Origin: Calditrichia bacterium | GTDB taxonomy: Bacteria > Calditrichota > Calditrichia > JAJRVZ01 | Assembly (NCBI GenBank): GCA_963796965.1 | Contig: CAWCNS010000007.1 | Span: 800,001 to 864,000 of the forward strand | DNA length: 64,000 nt | Reading direction: 5' to 3' | Part shown: in pieces, positions 9,743-22,008 of the stretch | How positions within the stretch are numbered: position 1 is the first letter of the stretch | Layout: each line of letters starts with the position of its first letter | Notes under the pieces: model-generated | Told to the model about the DNA's origin: nothing | What the model saw: only the letters and a program-made list of their open reading frames with translations | The model's database searches: none | Made by a program: the position numbers and the translations under genes

Positions 9743-12073
9743 TTAAAACTTTCCAAATTGAAAATGGACTTTCCACTGCCCTTCACGCTTCCCATATTGA
9801 TTGTAATGATCAAAGCCATAACCGAAATCAATTCCAATAATACCAATCATCGGCATAAACAAGCGAATACCAGCCCCCACGGACCTTCTGAGGTCAAAAG
9901 GATCGGTTTCACCGATCAGCTCCCATGTGTTACCCCCTTCCATAAAAAAGAGACCAAATATCGTTGGATTTGGAGCAATAGGAAATCTCAGTTCCAAACT
10001 ATTTTTAACCATTGATTTTCCACCGATGGGGTTTCCAGACCTCGTAAGTGGTCCAACCGTTCCATCATCGTAGCCGCGAAGACTTTCAGCAAATCCCAGT
10101 CCAGATCCTCCCATATAAAAATACTCTCCAAATAGCACCACTGAATTCTTGCGTATATTTTCCATGGCGCCATACATGTTGTTTGAATATAAAACAAAGC
10201 CAAGCGGTAGCGGGATAAACCATTGCAACTTAAAGATACTCTTAATATAGTTTGCATCACCACCCAAAGGACCACCAGACAACTGTATAGAGAGAGAGGT
10301 TATAGATCCGGCCGTTGGAAATTCCGGCTGGTTCCGGCTATCCCTCGAGATGATTTGTGTGACACTCATCTGTTTTACATCATTATAACCTCCACTTCTC
10401 AAATAACTACTCAGCAATTCCGGGTCGCGAATATTAGAAATGGTATTATTAGAGTATCTGACAATCCAGTCACCTCTAAAAAAGTTATCCGGCCAGTGGA
10501 ATCTTCGCCCAATATGAACAGAACCACCAATATTTTGACTATCCCAGGGATAATATCCACCACCAGTTCTTGTATTAAAAACTGAAAAACCGACGAGAGT
10601 TGGAGAATTGAATAACCAGGGTTCGGTGAAACTAATCGACATGGAACGATACACCCGTCCAAATTGCCAGTCAAAAGAAAGGCGTTGTCCATCGCCACCA
10701 CTAAATGGATGGGCTAATGAAAAATTATTAAATGCCAATCCAACACTACCAATGAGACCATCCCTTTGGCTATAACCAGCCGACATATTAGCCATATCTG
10801 TTGATTTTTCTTCAACAGCTACCTCTAAATTAACGTGTTGCTGATCATTTTCGATCAAGATTACATTCGGTAATACATTACTAAAATAATTTAGAATTGA
10901 AATATCTCTAATTGATCTTTCAAGTTTGGAACTATTAAATACATCACCGGGCTGAAGTCGGAATTCGCGACGAATAACTTTCTCATGAGTTTTTGTATTT
11001 CCAATAATATTAACTTCTTTTACCTTAACGACATGTCCTTCACTGATATTAAATGTAATATCAAGTGTATCTTCACCGACAGGAACTTCTCGTGGCGCAA
11101 CCTGTGCAAATAAATAACCCTGATTATAATACATTTTCTGCAGACGCTCAGTGATACCCTCATTATATTTCACCTGATCATAACTATCGCCCTTACGTAT
11201 ATCCAGGGCTTCTGCGAGCTCGTTATCCGTGAAGATCGAATGTCCGGAGAATCCGATATCTCCAAAATAGTATTGCGGTCCCTCATATACCCAGATATCA
11301 ATAAAAATTCTTTTTCCATCTTCACTGTAATAAACAGAATCGCGAAGAACCTCAGCATCGCGATGTCCATTCTCCTTGTAGAACATCGTAACCAATTCTT
11401 TATCCTTCTCATACAAACTTTGATTAAAATCGGCAGAACGCCACCAGGCATCTTCATTTGTTTCATCCATGGCATCTTTCAGATCATCATCGTCAAAATC
11501 ACTATTTCCATGAAAAGTGATTCTTTCTATCTGAACTTGTTCCCCCTCATGGATATCGATCAGAATATTTACAAAACCGGGACTCACAATGGCTGTATCA
11601 ACCTCAACCTTAGCTAAGAGAAATCCCTCGGTCTCATATAATTTTTTAATTGCTTTACGCATTTTAAACAGTTTGTACGTCGTTACAACCATTCCCCGAT
11701 AAACTGAAATCTGTTCATTAATATCATCGATATCTATCTCATCATTTCCTGTCACTTCTACTTTGCGAAGTCTGGGATATTCAGCAACCTTTATAATAAT
11801 ATCGATGCCCTCTGCTGTCTGGTTTGCTGCTAATATTTGGACATCAGAAAACAATTTAAGAGCATTAAGATTTTTTATAGCCTGTTGAATATCTTCGCCG
11901 CCAATCTCCTCACCAACCATTAGCCCGGAGTTTAAGCGGATCGTACTCGCTTCAGATCTTTCATTTCCCTCAACAACTATTGAAGATATTTTAATTTTTT
12001 TTACTTGTCCCTGTGATATTCCAGCAAAACCCAGCAACAGTATGAATATCAATACACGTCTAAACACTTGCAC
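9743..12073 (-). CDS. bamA: Outer membrane protein assembly factor BamA
   Basis: POTRA repeats, LRGY loop-6 motif, C-terminal FQFGKF. Confidence 0.96.
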   Translation of the reverse strand: MQVFRRVLIFILLLGFAGISQGQVKKIKISSIVVEGNERSEASTIRLNSGLMVGEEIGGEDIQQAIKNLNALKLFSDVQILAANQTAEGIDIIIKVAEYPRLRKVEVTGNDEIDIDDINEQISVYRGMVVTTYKLFKMRKAIKKLYETEGFLLAKVEVDTAIVSPGFVNILIDIHEGEQVQIERITFHGNSDFDDDDLKDAMDETNEDAWWRSADFNQSLYEKDKELVTMFYKENGHRDAEVLRDSVYYSEDGKRIFIDIWVYEGPQYYFGDIGFSGHSIFTDNELAEALDIRKGDSYDQVKYNEGITERLQKMYYNQGYLFAQVAPREVPVGEDTLDITFNISEGHVVKVKEVNIIGNTKTHEKVIRREFRLQPGDVFNSSKLERSIRDISILNYFSNVLPNVILIENDQQHVNLEVAVEEKSTDMANMSAGYSQRDGLIGSVGLAFNNFSLAHPFSGGDGQRLSFDWQFGRVYRSMSISFTEPWLFNSPTLVGFSVFNTRTGGGYYPWDSQNIGGSVHIGRRFHWPDNFFRGDWIVRYSNNTISNIRDPELLSSYLRSGGYNDVKQMSVTQIISRDSRNQPEFPTAGSITSLSIQLSGGPLGGDANYIKSIFKLQWFIPLPLGFVLYSNNMYGAMENIRKNSVVLFGEYFYMGGSGLGFAESLRGYDDGTVGPLTRSGNPIGGKSMVKNSLELRFPIAPNPTIFGLFFMEGGNTWELIGETDPFDLRRSVGAGIRLFMPMIGIIGIDFGYGFDHYNQYGKREGQWKVHFQFGKF

Positions 12074-12081
12074 CCTCCTAA

Positions 12082-15000
12082 TTAAAATGAGAACGAATAT
12101 CTAAATCGAACTCTAAAATCTTCCTGATATGATCTGTCTTCATATATGTTGTAAAATTGCAACTTTTCTCTATCATACTCAAATTCGAACAAAAGGTTCT
12201 TTAAAAATCGATATTCTAACCCAACCGAATGATTTAAATTGAAATTATTCTTGTTTTCATAGGCCGAAGCGATAAACTGACCGGTATATGTCAGGTAGAG
12301 ATCTTGTGTTAAATATTTACCTACTGTAAACTCAGAACTTTGTAATAAAAAAGCGTATGGCAGAAATGAACTGGAATAATTTTGATTATACTGACCAGCA
12401 TTTGTCCTGGATGGACTCCCGGCAGAAAGCAAATTTTCTGCAACTTTTGCATTCACCCGTACAAAATCAAATCCCAGATATCTTTCCATACCTCTTTCAA
12501 TAGGTCTTAAAAGAGGCCTGATGAGATAATTATCTGTTACTGCACCCCCTACCTGCTTTGCCTTATCCTGGACATTATCAATAGAATAACCCAAATAGGC
12601 CAGAACTTGTTCCTGGCTCTCACCGACTGTGGGATCGGCAGAGATCAGCCTAAACCTAAAGTCTTCCCAGCGCGCCCGTCGGGTTTCTGAGCCAGTAGCC
12701 TCATCGACGGCATACAGTTCAAGATAGATGGTTTTTGGTGTTGCTCCCAGAGAATCACGAACCGATGTCCAGGCCCGGCCGTAAACTTCCGGCTCTTCTT
12801 CGCCATGACTTATAAGAAATCCAAAATTCTCAACCCGAAAATTGAGATCCAGGTACTCAATCCGACCACGTGAAGAGGTTAACTTACCACCTGGGCGAAG
12901 TGTCTCGTCCTCGATAATTCCTCTAAACAACAACCCCTCACTATCAGGATCAATATTCAGTTCCGTATTCACTTCTCCAAAAAAACTAGGAACTTTTCTT
13001 GTATAATAGAGATCGGTTCCCGCAACAGCATGTATATCCCAATCGATACTTCTTAAAAATTTAATAGCATTACTTGGTTCCTCATCATCTCCCGGAGGAA
13101 ATGGAAAAGTAACCCTGGAATCTGATATTTGGACACGCCCCCAAGAATGCGGCGCACCTACAGGTCCCGCCAAGTAAAATTTACTATCCCCACTTTTTCC
13201 CGAAACCGCTAACTTCCCAGATTCACCGTCAACCATCAGACCAGGGATGTGCAGTTCAATACCTTCACTGGATGTTTCTAAGCCCAAAATTCCAAAGTTA
13301 AGGTCTATATCTTTGAAATACCATGGTGCTAATGTTTTCCCATCAGAAGTCGTGACAGATTTTTCATTGTTGATTGAGAGATGCTGGCCATCTATTTCAG
13401 CGGTAAGATTTTCAATTTTTATAAAATTTGTATTTTTTTCCAGAAATATCTTGCCATTAATATTTTCAATATGTGGCGCTACATCACCCAACCAGAGTTC
13501 TCCTCTCTCCATCTCAATATATCCTTCTTCGAATATTGGGCGTCGGGGAGTTCCTGATACACCTAGCCGGATCGTTGTGAAAGAAGCTCCATCTATAAAA
13601 AAATCATCCCAATTAGGAATAAGCCACAATAGGTCACCATCGAATTGTAATTGTAGATCGAGAGCCCCATCGTCATATAACGGAAGATTACCGGTACCTT
13701 CCATATGATATTGACCACCCTTAATCGCTACAAAATTGCTGATATTTACATGATGATTTTTATAATCAAGGAAAGGCTTTCCCGCTGACAAAGAATCTTT
13801 TAACTGAATATTTATTTTGTCAAATGGTATTTTTTCAAAGACACCATTTTGCAGTTCTATCTCGCCGCTAAATCTTGGGGAATTCAGAGAACCTTCAAAG
13901 GTGAACTCATAGGCCCCTGTCCCTGTAACAAGATTTTTCTGATCAAACAAGGTTTGCATGAGATAATCAGCCTCAATATTTTCACCATGCATTAAGGCCT
14001 GAATTGCATCTGAATTATAATCGATATTCAGTCTGCCGCCCATAAGTTTCGTGTTATTTAAAGCTACCTGTACAGTATCAAGTCTTAAAAAACTCGAATC
14101 CGCTGCGAGTTTGATGTCAAAACTGTAGTATCCCATATCATTTAAGATAAAACGATCTCCACTAATAGTTGCACTTAGTTTAGGATTATCAAGGTTGCCT
14201 GCTATATTCACATCACCGTTAATTTCACCATATCCACTTAAGGTTGTATCTGTAAACAATTTGTTTATCTCAAATTTATTAAGATCAAGTGAGACCTGAA
14301 GAGGTTCTGCCCGATCAGGGTCAATATCAACGGATCCCTTAAGTGAGTGATTTGATTGTACGGAACCTTTAAGAAAATTTGTACCTATCTCAACTTCGTA
14401 ATCTCCCTGAAATTTATTAAAGTTAATATTGCCCTTAATATGTTTACGCGCTTCAATTATATTTGAAACATTAGAAGTAATTGAAAATTCTCTCTCCGGA
14501 ATCTGACGATCTACAACTGAAATTTGCGCATTTAAGTCCTCAAATGTCCCTACCAGAATAGCTTCAACATTATATTCATTGAGTGTTTCTTCAAACATTT
14601 TACGACTACTGAGACGACCAAAGGGCAAATTTTCAATGTATCCAAAATTGATCATAGGTGTATCAAATATATCTGAGATCTGGAGTGAAACTAAAAAATC
14701 ATTCTCCTTGGTCCGAATATTTGAAAAAGTAAAGACATCTTTATCTAGATCCAGAATACCATCAACCAACAGAACAGTATCTGCTTCTCCACTCATCTGA
14801 TAGGTCCAAGATCCTTTGGCCCCCCTGGTAAGAAAATTGCCATCAATATTAACTTCTAACAATTCCTGAGAATTGGAAAGTCTGTCAAATATATAATGAT
14901 CTCCATAATGGCGAGAAGTTTGCACATTGGTACTAAATGTCCCATCTGATAGATCTATTTCACTTTTTCCTGTAATATTAAAATCATAGACTCCAAACTT

Positions 15001-16200
15001 GAATTCATTCCAATGCAACTTATTGTTCTTTAGGATGATAGAGGCCGAAACATCCTTAACTTCCTGCTCATTAAAAAGAATACTGGCAGCCTTAAGATCT
15101 GCATGTGCACTTAAATTATCAGGTGAAATCCTAAAATCACCTGATAAGCTAATATTATCATTACGAAACCCCTCCAATTTAAAATAATTGGTGAGTGTTT
15201 TAGTTTCCAACTTATCCGTTCGTATCTCACCGATTATCTCAGGATTAAATAAATCCTGAATTCTCGCTGCGATTGTAAAACTCGAATTCTCAATTTTTCC
15301 CCGTCCATCATTAAGAACAAGTTTATTATTATTGATCTGTGCATGCATATCCAGATCACTCAACACCGTACCAAATAAATTAAGTTTGGTCTGGGATAAA
15401 GAGACAAATCCATTTATGATAATGCTATCCAAATCAAGACTTGTACTCTTAATGTCCATTTTACTGTCTATTACGCCATCAATCAGACGCATGTGCTCAT
15501 TAAATGAGGCTAAAGGGGCATTCTGCAATTCATAATCCTGGAGATCCAACTGAATATAGAAAGATTCTTTTACAAGATTAACCTGACAAAACATTTCCAG
15601 ATTGGCATTGGAACCATAGAAAATATCGCCATCGGCCCTCAGGCTAATATGCTGAAAGTCCTGACTGTCAATCCAACCGTTTAAGTTATTAGCCAGGACA
15701 AGGGGATCTGTGTTTTTTCTATCCAGATAAAAACTTCCACTTTTTATATAGATGCGGTCAATGTTATCAAATTGATTAAGCAATTCCAGAATATTACTTT
15801 TTGTCTCTTCTGCCCCGGAAACCTCCAAACTATCAGATTGTACTCCCGACTTAAAAATCACCTTCGGTTCGACGAGGTAAATTTTATTTATAGCACGGTG
15901 AGGTTTGTCAAACTCGCTTAGCAAGGTAAGCAGGTTATAATCAAATTCAAGACCCTGAATTTCGAAATTTGCACCCGAACTTGCGCCACGGTATTGTATT
16001 TCACCTAGAAGAATCTTTCCAAATTGAATATCAATATTATTTACATTAAGACTGACCTCACTACCCTCAGATAATTTCATTACAACATAATCTTTCAATT
16101 TTTGGTCAAGTTCAAAAAATGAGAGGAGATAAGGAGTACCGAGAAGAATTCCAAAAAGGACAACAAATAAACATAAAATTATGTAGGCTATTTTACGCAT
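12082..16200 (-). CDS. TamB/AsmA-like repeating beta-groove periplasmic bridge protein
   Basis: 1372 aa with an N-terminal TM anchor, beta-rich repeats (G.L..P..SG) and TamB-like C-terminal strands (VGKYLTQDLYLTY...FRYSFSF). Confidence 0.78.
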   Translation of the reverse strand: MRKIAYIILCLFVVLFGILLGTPYLLSFFELDQKLKDYVVMKLSEGSEVSLNVNNIDIQFGKILLGEIQYRGASSGANFEIQGLEFDYNLLTLLSEFDKPHRAINKIYLVEPKVIFKSGVQSDSLEVSGAEETKSNILELLNQFDNIDRIYIKSGSFYLDRKNTDPLVLANNLNGWIDSQDFQHISLRADGDIFYGSNANLEMFCQVNLVKESFYIQLDLQDYELQNAPLASFNEHMRLIDGVIDSKMDIKSTSLDLDSIIINGFVSLSQTKLNLFGTVLSDLDMHAQINNNKLVLNDGRGKIENSSFTIAARIQDLFNPEIIGEIRTDKLETKTLTNYFKLEGFRNDNISLSGDFRISPDNLSAHADLKAASILFNEQEVKDVSASIILKNNKLHWNEFKFGVYDFNITGKSEIDLSDGTFSTNVQTSRHYGDHYIFDRLSNSQELLEVNIDGNFLTRGAKGSWTYQMSGEADTVLLVDGILDLDKDVFTFSNIRTKENDFLVSLQISDIFDTPMINFGYIENLPFGRLSSRKMFEETLNEYNVEAILVGTFEDLNAQISVVDRQIPEREFSITSNVSNIIEARKHIKGNINFNKFQGDYEVEIGTNFLKGSVQSNHSLKGSVDIDPDRAEPLQVSLDLNKFEINKLFTDTTLSGYGEINGDVNIAGNLDNPKLSATISGDRFILNDMGYYSFDIKLAADSSFLRLDTVQVALNNTKLMGGRLNIDYNSDAIQALMHGENIEADYLMQTLFDQKNLVTGTGAYEFTFEGSLNSPRFSGEIELQNGVFEKIPFDKINIQLKDSLSAGKPFLDYKNHHVNISNFVAIKGGQYHMEGTGNLPLYDDGALDLQLQFDGDLLWLIPNWDDFFIDGASFTTIRLGVSGTPRRPIFEEGYIEMERGELWLGDVAPHIENINGKIFLEKNTNFIKIENLTAEIDGQHLSINNEKSVTTSDGKTLAPWYFKDIDLNFGILGLETSSEGIELHIPGLMVDGESGKLAVSGKSGDSKFYLAGPVGAPHSWGRVQISDSRVTFPFPPGDDEEPSNAIKFLRSIDWDIHAVAGTDLYYTRKVPSFFGEVNTELNIDPDSEGLLFRGIIEDETLRPGGKLTSSRGRIEYLDLNFRVENFGFLISHGEEEPEVYGRAWTSVRDSLGATPKTIYLELYAVDEATGSETRRARWEDFRFRLISADPTVGESQEQVLAYLGYSIDNVQDKAKQVGGAVTDNYLIRPLLRPIERGMERYLGFDFVRVNAKVAENLLSAGSPSRTNAGQYNQNYSSSFLPYAFLLQSSEFTVGKYLTQDLYLTYTGQFIASAYENKNNFNLNHSVGLEYRFLKNLLFEFEYDREKLQFYNIYEDRSYQEDFRVRFRYSFSF

Positions 16201-16521
16201 GGCAATAGTTGATTCAACCGTTGTTTAAACCAATATCAATAATGGGTTATCTTTCTTCTGAGAACAGATCCGGAGAACAAGAATGATCCTCCACTTTTCT
16301 TTCAAAAAATAGTTTTATTCTCTATGAAGATCTGATCGAATCCCTACCTGATATAGTTAATATAAAAAGTGGACAAAATCCGACATTCTCTCAGAATGAG
16401 ATGCATATTTAAATCTATTTACACAGAAATCCGAATTTAGTTCCCACTTTAATTTTCAACAATAATTCAGCCTGTAAATTTAGAATAAATAATAAGAAAT
16501 GTCAAATGATCGAAGAATGAT

Positions 16522-17811
16522 TTAGATCGGAGATGTGGTATGAATTAAGTCTGAGATGGTAACGAAACGATAACCTTTATTATGTAAAAATGTAATAAGT
16601 TTTGGTAAAATTTTAAAGGGCATATCATCCCGGCGATCCGAATGAAGATGCATTAAAAGAATAGCCCCTTTTAATTGATCCCGGGACTCCATATCTATAA
16701 GATAGTTATAGATATTTTCCGCTGAACGGTATAGAGGCGAATCTTTATCACTAATCCAATCTCTTGTATCTCCTCCTCGACTCCAGCCTACATGCTTATA
16801 ACCTGCTTCTGCAGCCCAGATCAGTATCTCCTGGTTATACTCACCAAATGGTGCTCTCCAATAGGGCTTGAGATGGCTGGAATGCATTGAATAAAGCAAA
16901 CTGTCTGCTTTTTGGAGTTGTCTCCGTAAATATTTCCGATCAACATCTTCTAATGTCTGATGCCGTTCGTTAATCGCAAAAGAAGTTAAATGAGGGTGTG
17001 AATAGGTATGATTGGCTAATTCATGATGATTTTCCAGCATTTTCTGAACAATACCGGGAAAATTTTCTATAAATTTGCCGGTTAAAAAGAATGTCGTTTT
17101 TACTTCCTTCTCAGACAGGATTTTGATAATTGAATCTGCACCATTAGCCGCTGATCCGCCATCAAAGGTTAATGAAAGTATTTTTTGATTGGTCATCGCC
17201 CTGTTCAATGGAACTGCGATAGCAGATATGCGCTGTGAAGAATATTCTATGGTAATGGAATCTACCAGGGTGGTTGCGCCGTTTTCGCTGAGTCCCCAGA
17301 CCATAAAGGTATTTTTCCCCAGATTGAGAGTCTGCAAGGGGAATTTATAACCATTTTTGCCGGAAACAGCTGCAGCCAGATAAGATCCATTATTCCATAA
17401 TCCCATTAATGTATTAACCGGCGCTTCGCCATTAATTTGCATAGACTGTCTGCTACCGTTAAATAAGGTATCGGCACTATACCGAAGATTCCTGGTTTGA
17501 ATCAACGTGCTATCCACTGAAGATTTATTGGATATTATTGGCGTTTGATTGTTAGCATCTGGAATTAACAACCAGAAAAGGATGATCTGAATAAATATCA
17601 TGATCAGGAGCAGGACCGCATATTCGCGATACCTTCTCTCGCCTAGCAATTTCTCAAATAAAATATAGGTAGCAATGCAACGATAACTACAGAATAAATG
17701 ATGCAGGGTTTGTTTTTGACAGACACCACAGATATATTCTTTACATTGGAAACATCTTCTTGTACTCAAGGTTTCCGGATGATGTTTACATGGAAATTTC
17801 TGCTTTGTCAT
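16522..17811 (-). CDS. Membrane-anchored NodB/CE4 polysaccharide deacetylase with an N-terminal B-box-like Zn finger
   Basis: CKHH-x8-CFQC-x4-CGVC...CSYRC, then a TM helix, then LTFDGG, NHTYSH, WRAPFG and LLMH CE4 motifs. Confidence 0.85.
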   Translation of the reverse strand: MTKQKFPCKHHPETLSTRRCFQCKEYICGVCQKQTLHHLFCSYRCIATYILFEKLLGERRYREYAVLLLIMIFIQIILFWLLIPDANNQTPIISNKSSVDSTLIQTRNLRYSADTLFNGSRQSMQINGEAPVNTLMGLWNNGSYLAAAVSGKNGYKFPLQTLNLGKNTFMVWGLSENGATTLVDSITIEYSSQRISAIAVPLNRAMTNQKILSLTFDGGSAANGADSIIKILSEKEVKTTFFLTGKFIENFPGIVQKMLENHHELANHTYSHPHLTSFAINERHQTLEDVDRKYLRRQLQKADSLLYSMHSSHLKPYWRAPFGEYNQEILIWAAEAGYKHVGWSRGGDTRDWISDKDSPLYRSAENIYNYLIDMESRDQLKGAILLMHLHSDRRDDMPFKILPKLITFLHNKGYRFVTISDLIHTTSPI

Positions 17812-17916
17812 TTGATTTGAGATTAAAATGTATATATTAACAGATATTTACTAACAATGCATGTAAATATTTAAGCTTATGAATGACTAATTTTTTAATG
17901 GGAGCAATTAATGTCA

Positions 17917-17950
17917 TTAGTAATGGCCGCTCACGAGCAGCCACTACTAA
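17917..17950 (-). terminator. Hairpin downstream of rfbB (possible terminator)
   Basis: UUAGUAGUGGCUGCU pairs with AGCGGCCAUUACUAA (two G-U pairs on the minus strand). No strong U-tract. Confidence 0.4.
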
Positions 17951-18021
17951 ATATAGGGCTAAGTAAATAAAATTTACAGATTCCGATTACCCCAATTCAT
18001 TGAAACAAGCATCATATACTC

Positions 18022-19030
18022 TCAACGCCCTTCATACTGGCTTTTATAAAACCGCTTATACTCCACCTGCTTTTCCTTAATAGCCCGCCACCAATTTTCA
18101 TTTTTCACATACCAGTTAATGGTTTCTTCCATGCCCTGTATAAAATTTGTTTTGGATTCCCAGCCTAGCATTTTCACTTTATCAATATTGACCGAGTATC
18201 TTCTATCATGCCCTGGACGGTCTTTTACATAGGTAATAAGCTCGGTTGGTTTTCCCAGGTGGTTAATTATACCATTGGTTATTGTAATGTTCTCTTCTTC
18301 ATTGCCGGCACCTATATTATAGATTTCACCAATCTCCCCTTTATGGAGTACAAGGTCGATCAGCTTCGCAGTTATCAAGAACATATAACCAATCCCGGAC
18401 ATTTTTCCCATCACCATATAAGGGAAGAGATATATCATCGATAGCATTAGTAATAAATAAGGGAATAAGTTTTTCAGGATACTGATAGGGACCATAATTA
18501 TTTGAGGATCGTGTGATCAATACAGGGGTTTGATAAGTAACAAAATAGGATCGGACCAGCATATCTGCCCCGGCCTTAGAAGCAGCATAGGGACTATTTG
18601 GCATAAGGGGATCTGATTCAGCAAATGATCCCTCATCTATCGATCCATATACTTCATCTGTAGATATTTGCAGAAATCTGCCGATGTTAAATTCCCGGAC
18701 TGCTTCCAATAGCACGAGGGTGCCTTTTATATCTGTTTCAATAAAATCTCCAGCCTGGTGAATTGACCTATCCACATGCGTTTCAGCAGCAAAATTCACA
18801 ACAGTATCCACGTCCTGCATTAATTCTCTGACTATTTTATGGTCACAGATATTTCCATGGTAAAAAGTATATCGCTCATTCTCCTTCAAATCAGTGAGAT
18901 TATCTTTATTACCGGCATAAGTAAGAGCATCAAGTACTTTAATCTGATAATCCGGGTATCGGTTCATCATATGACGTACAAAGTTGCTGCCAATAAATCC
19001 TGCACCCCCTGTGACCAGAATAGATTTCAT
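18022..19030 (-). CDS. rfbB: dTDP-glucose 4,6-dehydratase, split by one frameshift near 18362
   Basis: GGAGFIG, AAETHVDRSI, STDEVYG and YAASK; the C-terminal DRPGHDRRY lies in the adjacent frame. Confidence 0.93.
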
Positions 19031-19153
19031 ATAATTATTCTCCCAGGAATAAAATTCATTTAATTAATATTTGATTTCATATGTATAAAAACTTACAATA
19101 TTTGTAAACTTTTTAATCTTTCGTGCGTTCTAAAAAGTTATAATTAAGTAAAT

Positions 19154-22008
19154 TTGACCAAAAATAACACTATAATCACATTGAATACAACTCACTATAA
19201 AATATTTTCGATCATATTACTTTTGCTCCTCACTTCTTCCCTCTTTGCCCAAGGTTTCTATTTTGGAAGAAATAAGGTTCAATATACCAGGTTCGAGTGG
19301 CAAATACTAAAAACCAAACATTTTGATATTTATTATTATCCTGAGATGCAGGATATTGCCGAGAAGGGTGCTCAGTTTGCAGAGAACGCTTACGATGCAC
19401 TTCAAACAAATTTCAACCACTCCATCACGCAGCGGATTCCCTTAATTTTCTATAGTACACACGCACATTTTCAGCAAACAAATATTACGCCTGGTTTTAT
19501 TCCTGAAGGGGTCGGCGGATTTTTTGAATTTTTAAAGGGACGGGTTGTTATCCCCAACAACGGCAGTCTTAATCAATTTCGGAAAGTGATCTGGCACGAA
19601 TTAGTTCATGTTTATATGCACAGCAAGGTCGGACGGGTTCTAAAAAACACAGGAAGGACAAATAACGCAGTCTACCCTCCGCTTTGGTATACGGAAGGTC
19701 TCGCGGAATTCTGGTCAACCAAATGGGATGGTCAGGCTGAAATGATATTAAAGGATGCTGTCTTGCATAACTATATGATTCCTGTCTCCCGAGTCTATGG
19801 AGAATTAGTGGGACCTACATGATGTATAAAGTAGGCCAGGCTGTTCTCCTCTATATTGCCGAAAAATATGGTGAAGAAAAAGTGCTGCTTTTGATGGAAA
19901 ACCTCTGGAAGTACAATAGTTTTGAAGAATGCTTTAGAGAGACAATTGGAATTACTTATACTGAGTTTGATGCCCAATGGATGTATTATTTAAAAAAACG
20001 GTTCTATCCGGTTCTCGCTGATAATGATTTTTCAGAAAAAATCAGTGAAACAATTGTAAGAGAAGGTTACAATTTCAAACCGGCCTATTATTCCGATGAG
20101 GGGCAACCTTTTACTGTATTTATGGCAAATAGAATAGGATATACCAGTGTTTACATAACGGAGATGACGCCGCTTGGTGTGGAAGAAAATGATGATTCGG
20201 ATATCCTGATCAAAGGAGAGGAAACCTCAGATTTTGAATCATTTCATTTGTTCCATTCAAAAATTGATGTTAATCAGGATGGAATTCTTGCATTCGGATC
20301 AAAAAGTGGTGAAAATGATGCCTTATACCTCTACGACCTGAAAAAAAGAAAAATTCGTGAGAAATACTATTTCGACGAATTAGTAGGTATACTTTCACCT
20401 GCCTGGTCACCCGATGGCACCAAAATTACATTTACAGGTTTGGCCTTTAATGGGTATAAAGATGTGTATATTTTTGATTTAGAAACTGAATCACTCTCTC
20501 GATTAACCAATGATGCCTATGATGACAACGATCCCTCATTTTCTCCTGATGGAAATTTTATTGTCTTTTCCTCGGATCGAACAGAATTGGGAAAACAATG
20601 GTCATACAATTTATTTTTAATGAATGTCAATGATGGTGAAATCAGCTATCTCACCTATGGTAAACAGCGCGATGCAGCTCCGGTTTTTTCACCCGACGGT
20701 AAATATATCGCCTTCACATCAGACAGGGATTTATCCTTAAATATATATCTGTTAGAATTGGGGAATCTATATCAACCTAAAAAATCATATAAAATTACTA
20801 GTTTTGCAAATGCTACCTTTGATCCGGAATGGACGCCCGAAGGGGGTTTATTATTTGGTGTTTTTGAGAAGAGCCGCTTTCAGATCAGACATCTTAATGA
20901 TGTTGAACAGTATACAGAAGAAGCACAGACATATCAGATAGCCAATATCAAAAAGAATGCAAAACCCTGGCGGTATGAAAACCTTAAAGAAGACCTAACC
21001 ATAGAGAAGTTGAAATACTCAAAAAGTTATGATCTCGATGTTGTACAATCTCAGGTTTCAAATGATCCTATATTTGGCACAATTGGAGGCGCCCAGGTCG
21101 CCTTTACCGATATACTCGGAAATGATCAGTATCATATGCTTATTTACAATAGCGCAAGGACAAGTGCTGAATTTTTAAAAAGCTTTAGTTTCGCTTTAAC
21201 AAAGGTATCTTTAGAAAAAAGAATGAATTATGCCTATGGTTTGTTCAGGTATGTGGGTAGAAATTTCAATTATGATGATTTGTTTTTTTATGAGGATCGG
21301 GCCGGTGGATTTATGGCCCTCAGTTATCCTGTGTCAAAATTCTTTCGTATTCAATACTCATCCAGTTATAGTTATTCGGACAAAGAATTTTTGGGTCAAC
21401 GTCGCCAGGCGTATCTAACCTCAAATTTTATTTCTATTGTAAAAGATAACTCTCTTTGGGTATCTTCAGGACCAATCGATGGCGAACGATATAAAGTATC
21501 AATCGGTAATACATTTGATATAAAGTACTCAAATGTAAATTACTATACCATTATGTTTGACTTTCGTAAATATTTTCGGTTGGGATTAAGGAGTGCCTAC
21601 GCCGCAAGGTTTCTCTACCTTCAGAACAGTGGAAAAGAAGCAAGAAGATTTTATTTGGGAGGTAGCTGGGATTTACGTGGATACCCCTTGTGGTCAATCC
21701 GCGGCAAACAAGTGGTTTTTACAAGTCATGAGATCCGCTTCCCCTTTATAGATCTCCTTGGTATTCGCTTTCCATTTGGTTCAATAGGGTTTCCCTCAAT
21801 CAGAGGAGCATTATTCTTTGATGCTGGTAATGCCTGGAATACACCCTGGGATTATAAGAGAAAAGGATTGTTAGGAAGTTTTGGGATGGGATTTCGGATG
21901 CGATTTATTGGCTATCTGGTTTTTCGTCTTGATATTGGCAAAACTACCAATTTTAAACAAATTAGTGATGGCGTTTTTACTCAATTTTTCTTTGGTTGGG
22001 ATTTTTAA
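19154..22008 (+). CDS. Peptidase MA (gluzincin) + TolB/WD40 propeller + Omp85 barrel protein, frameshift near 19790
   Basis: FGRNKVQY, HELVH...WYTEGLAE, repeated P.WSPDG/FSPDG blades, LRGY and C-terminal FFFGWDF. The two ORFs rejoin via ...WRISGTYMMYK. Confidence 0.85.
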
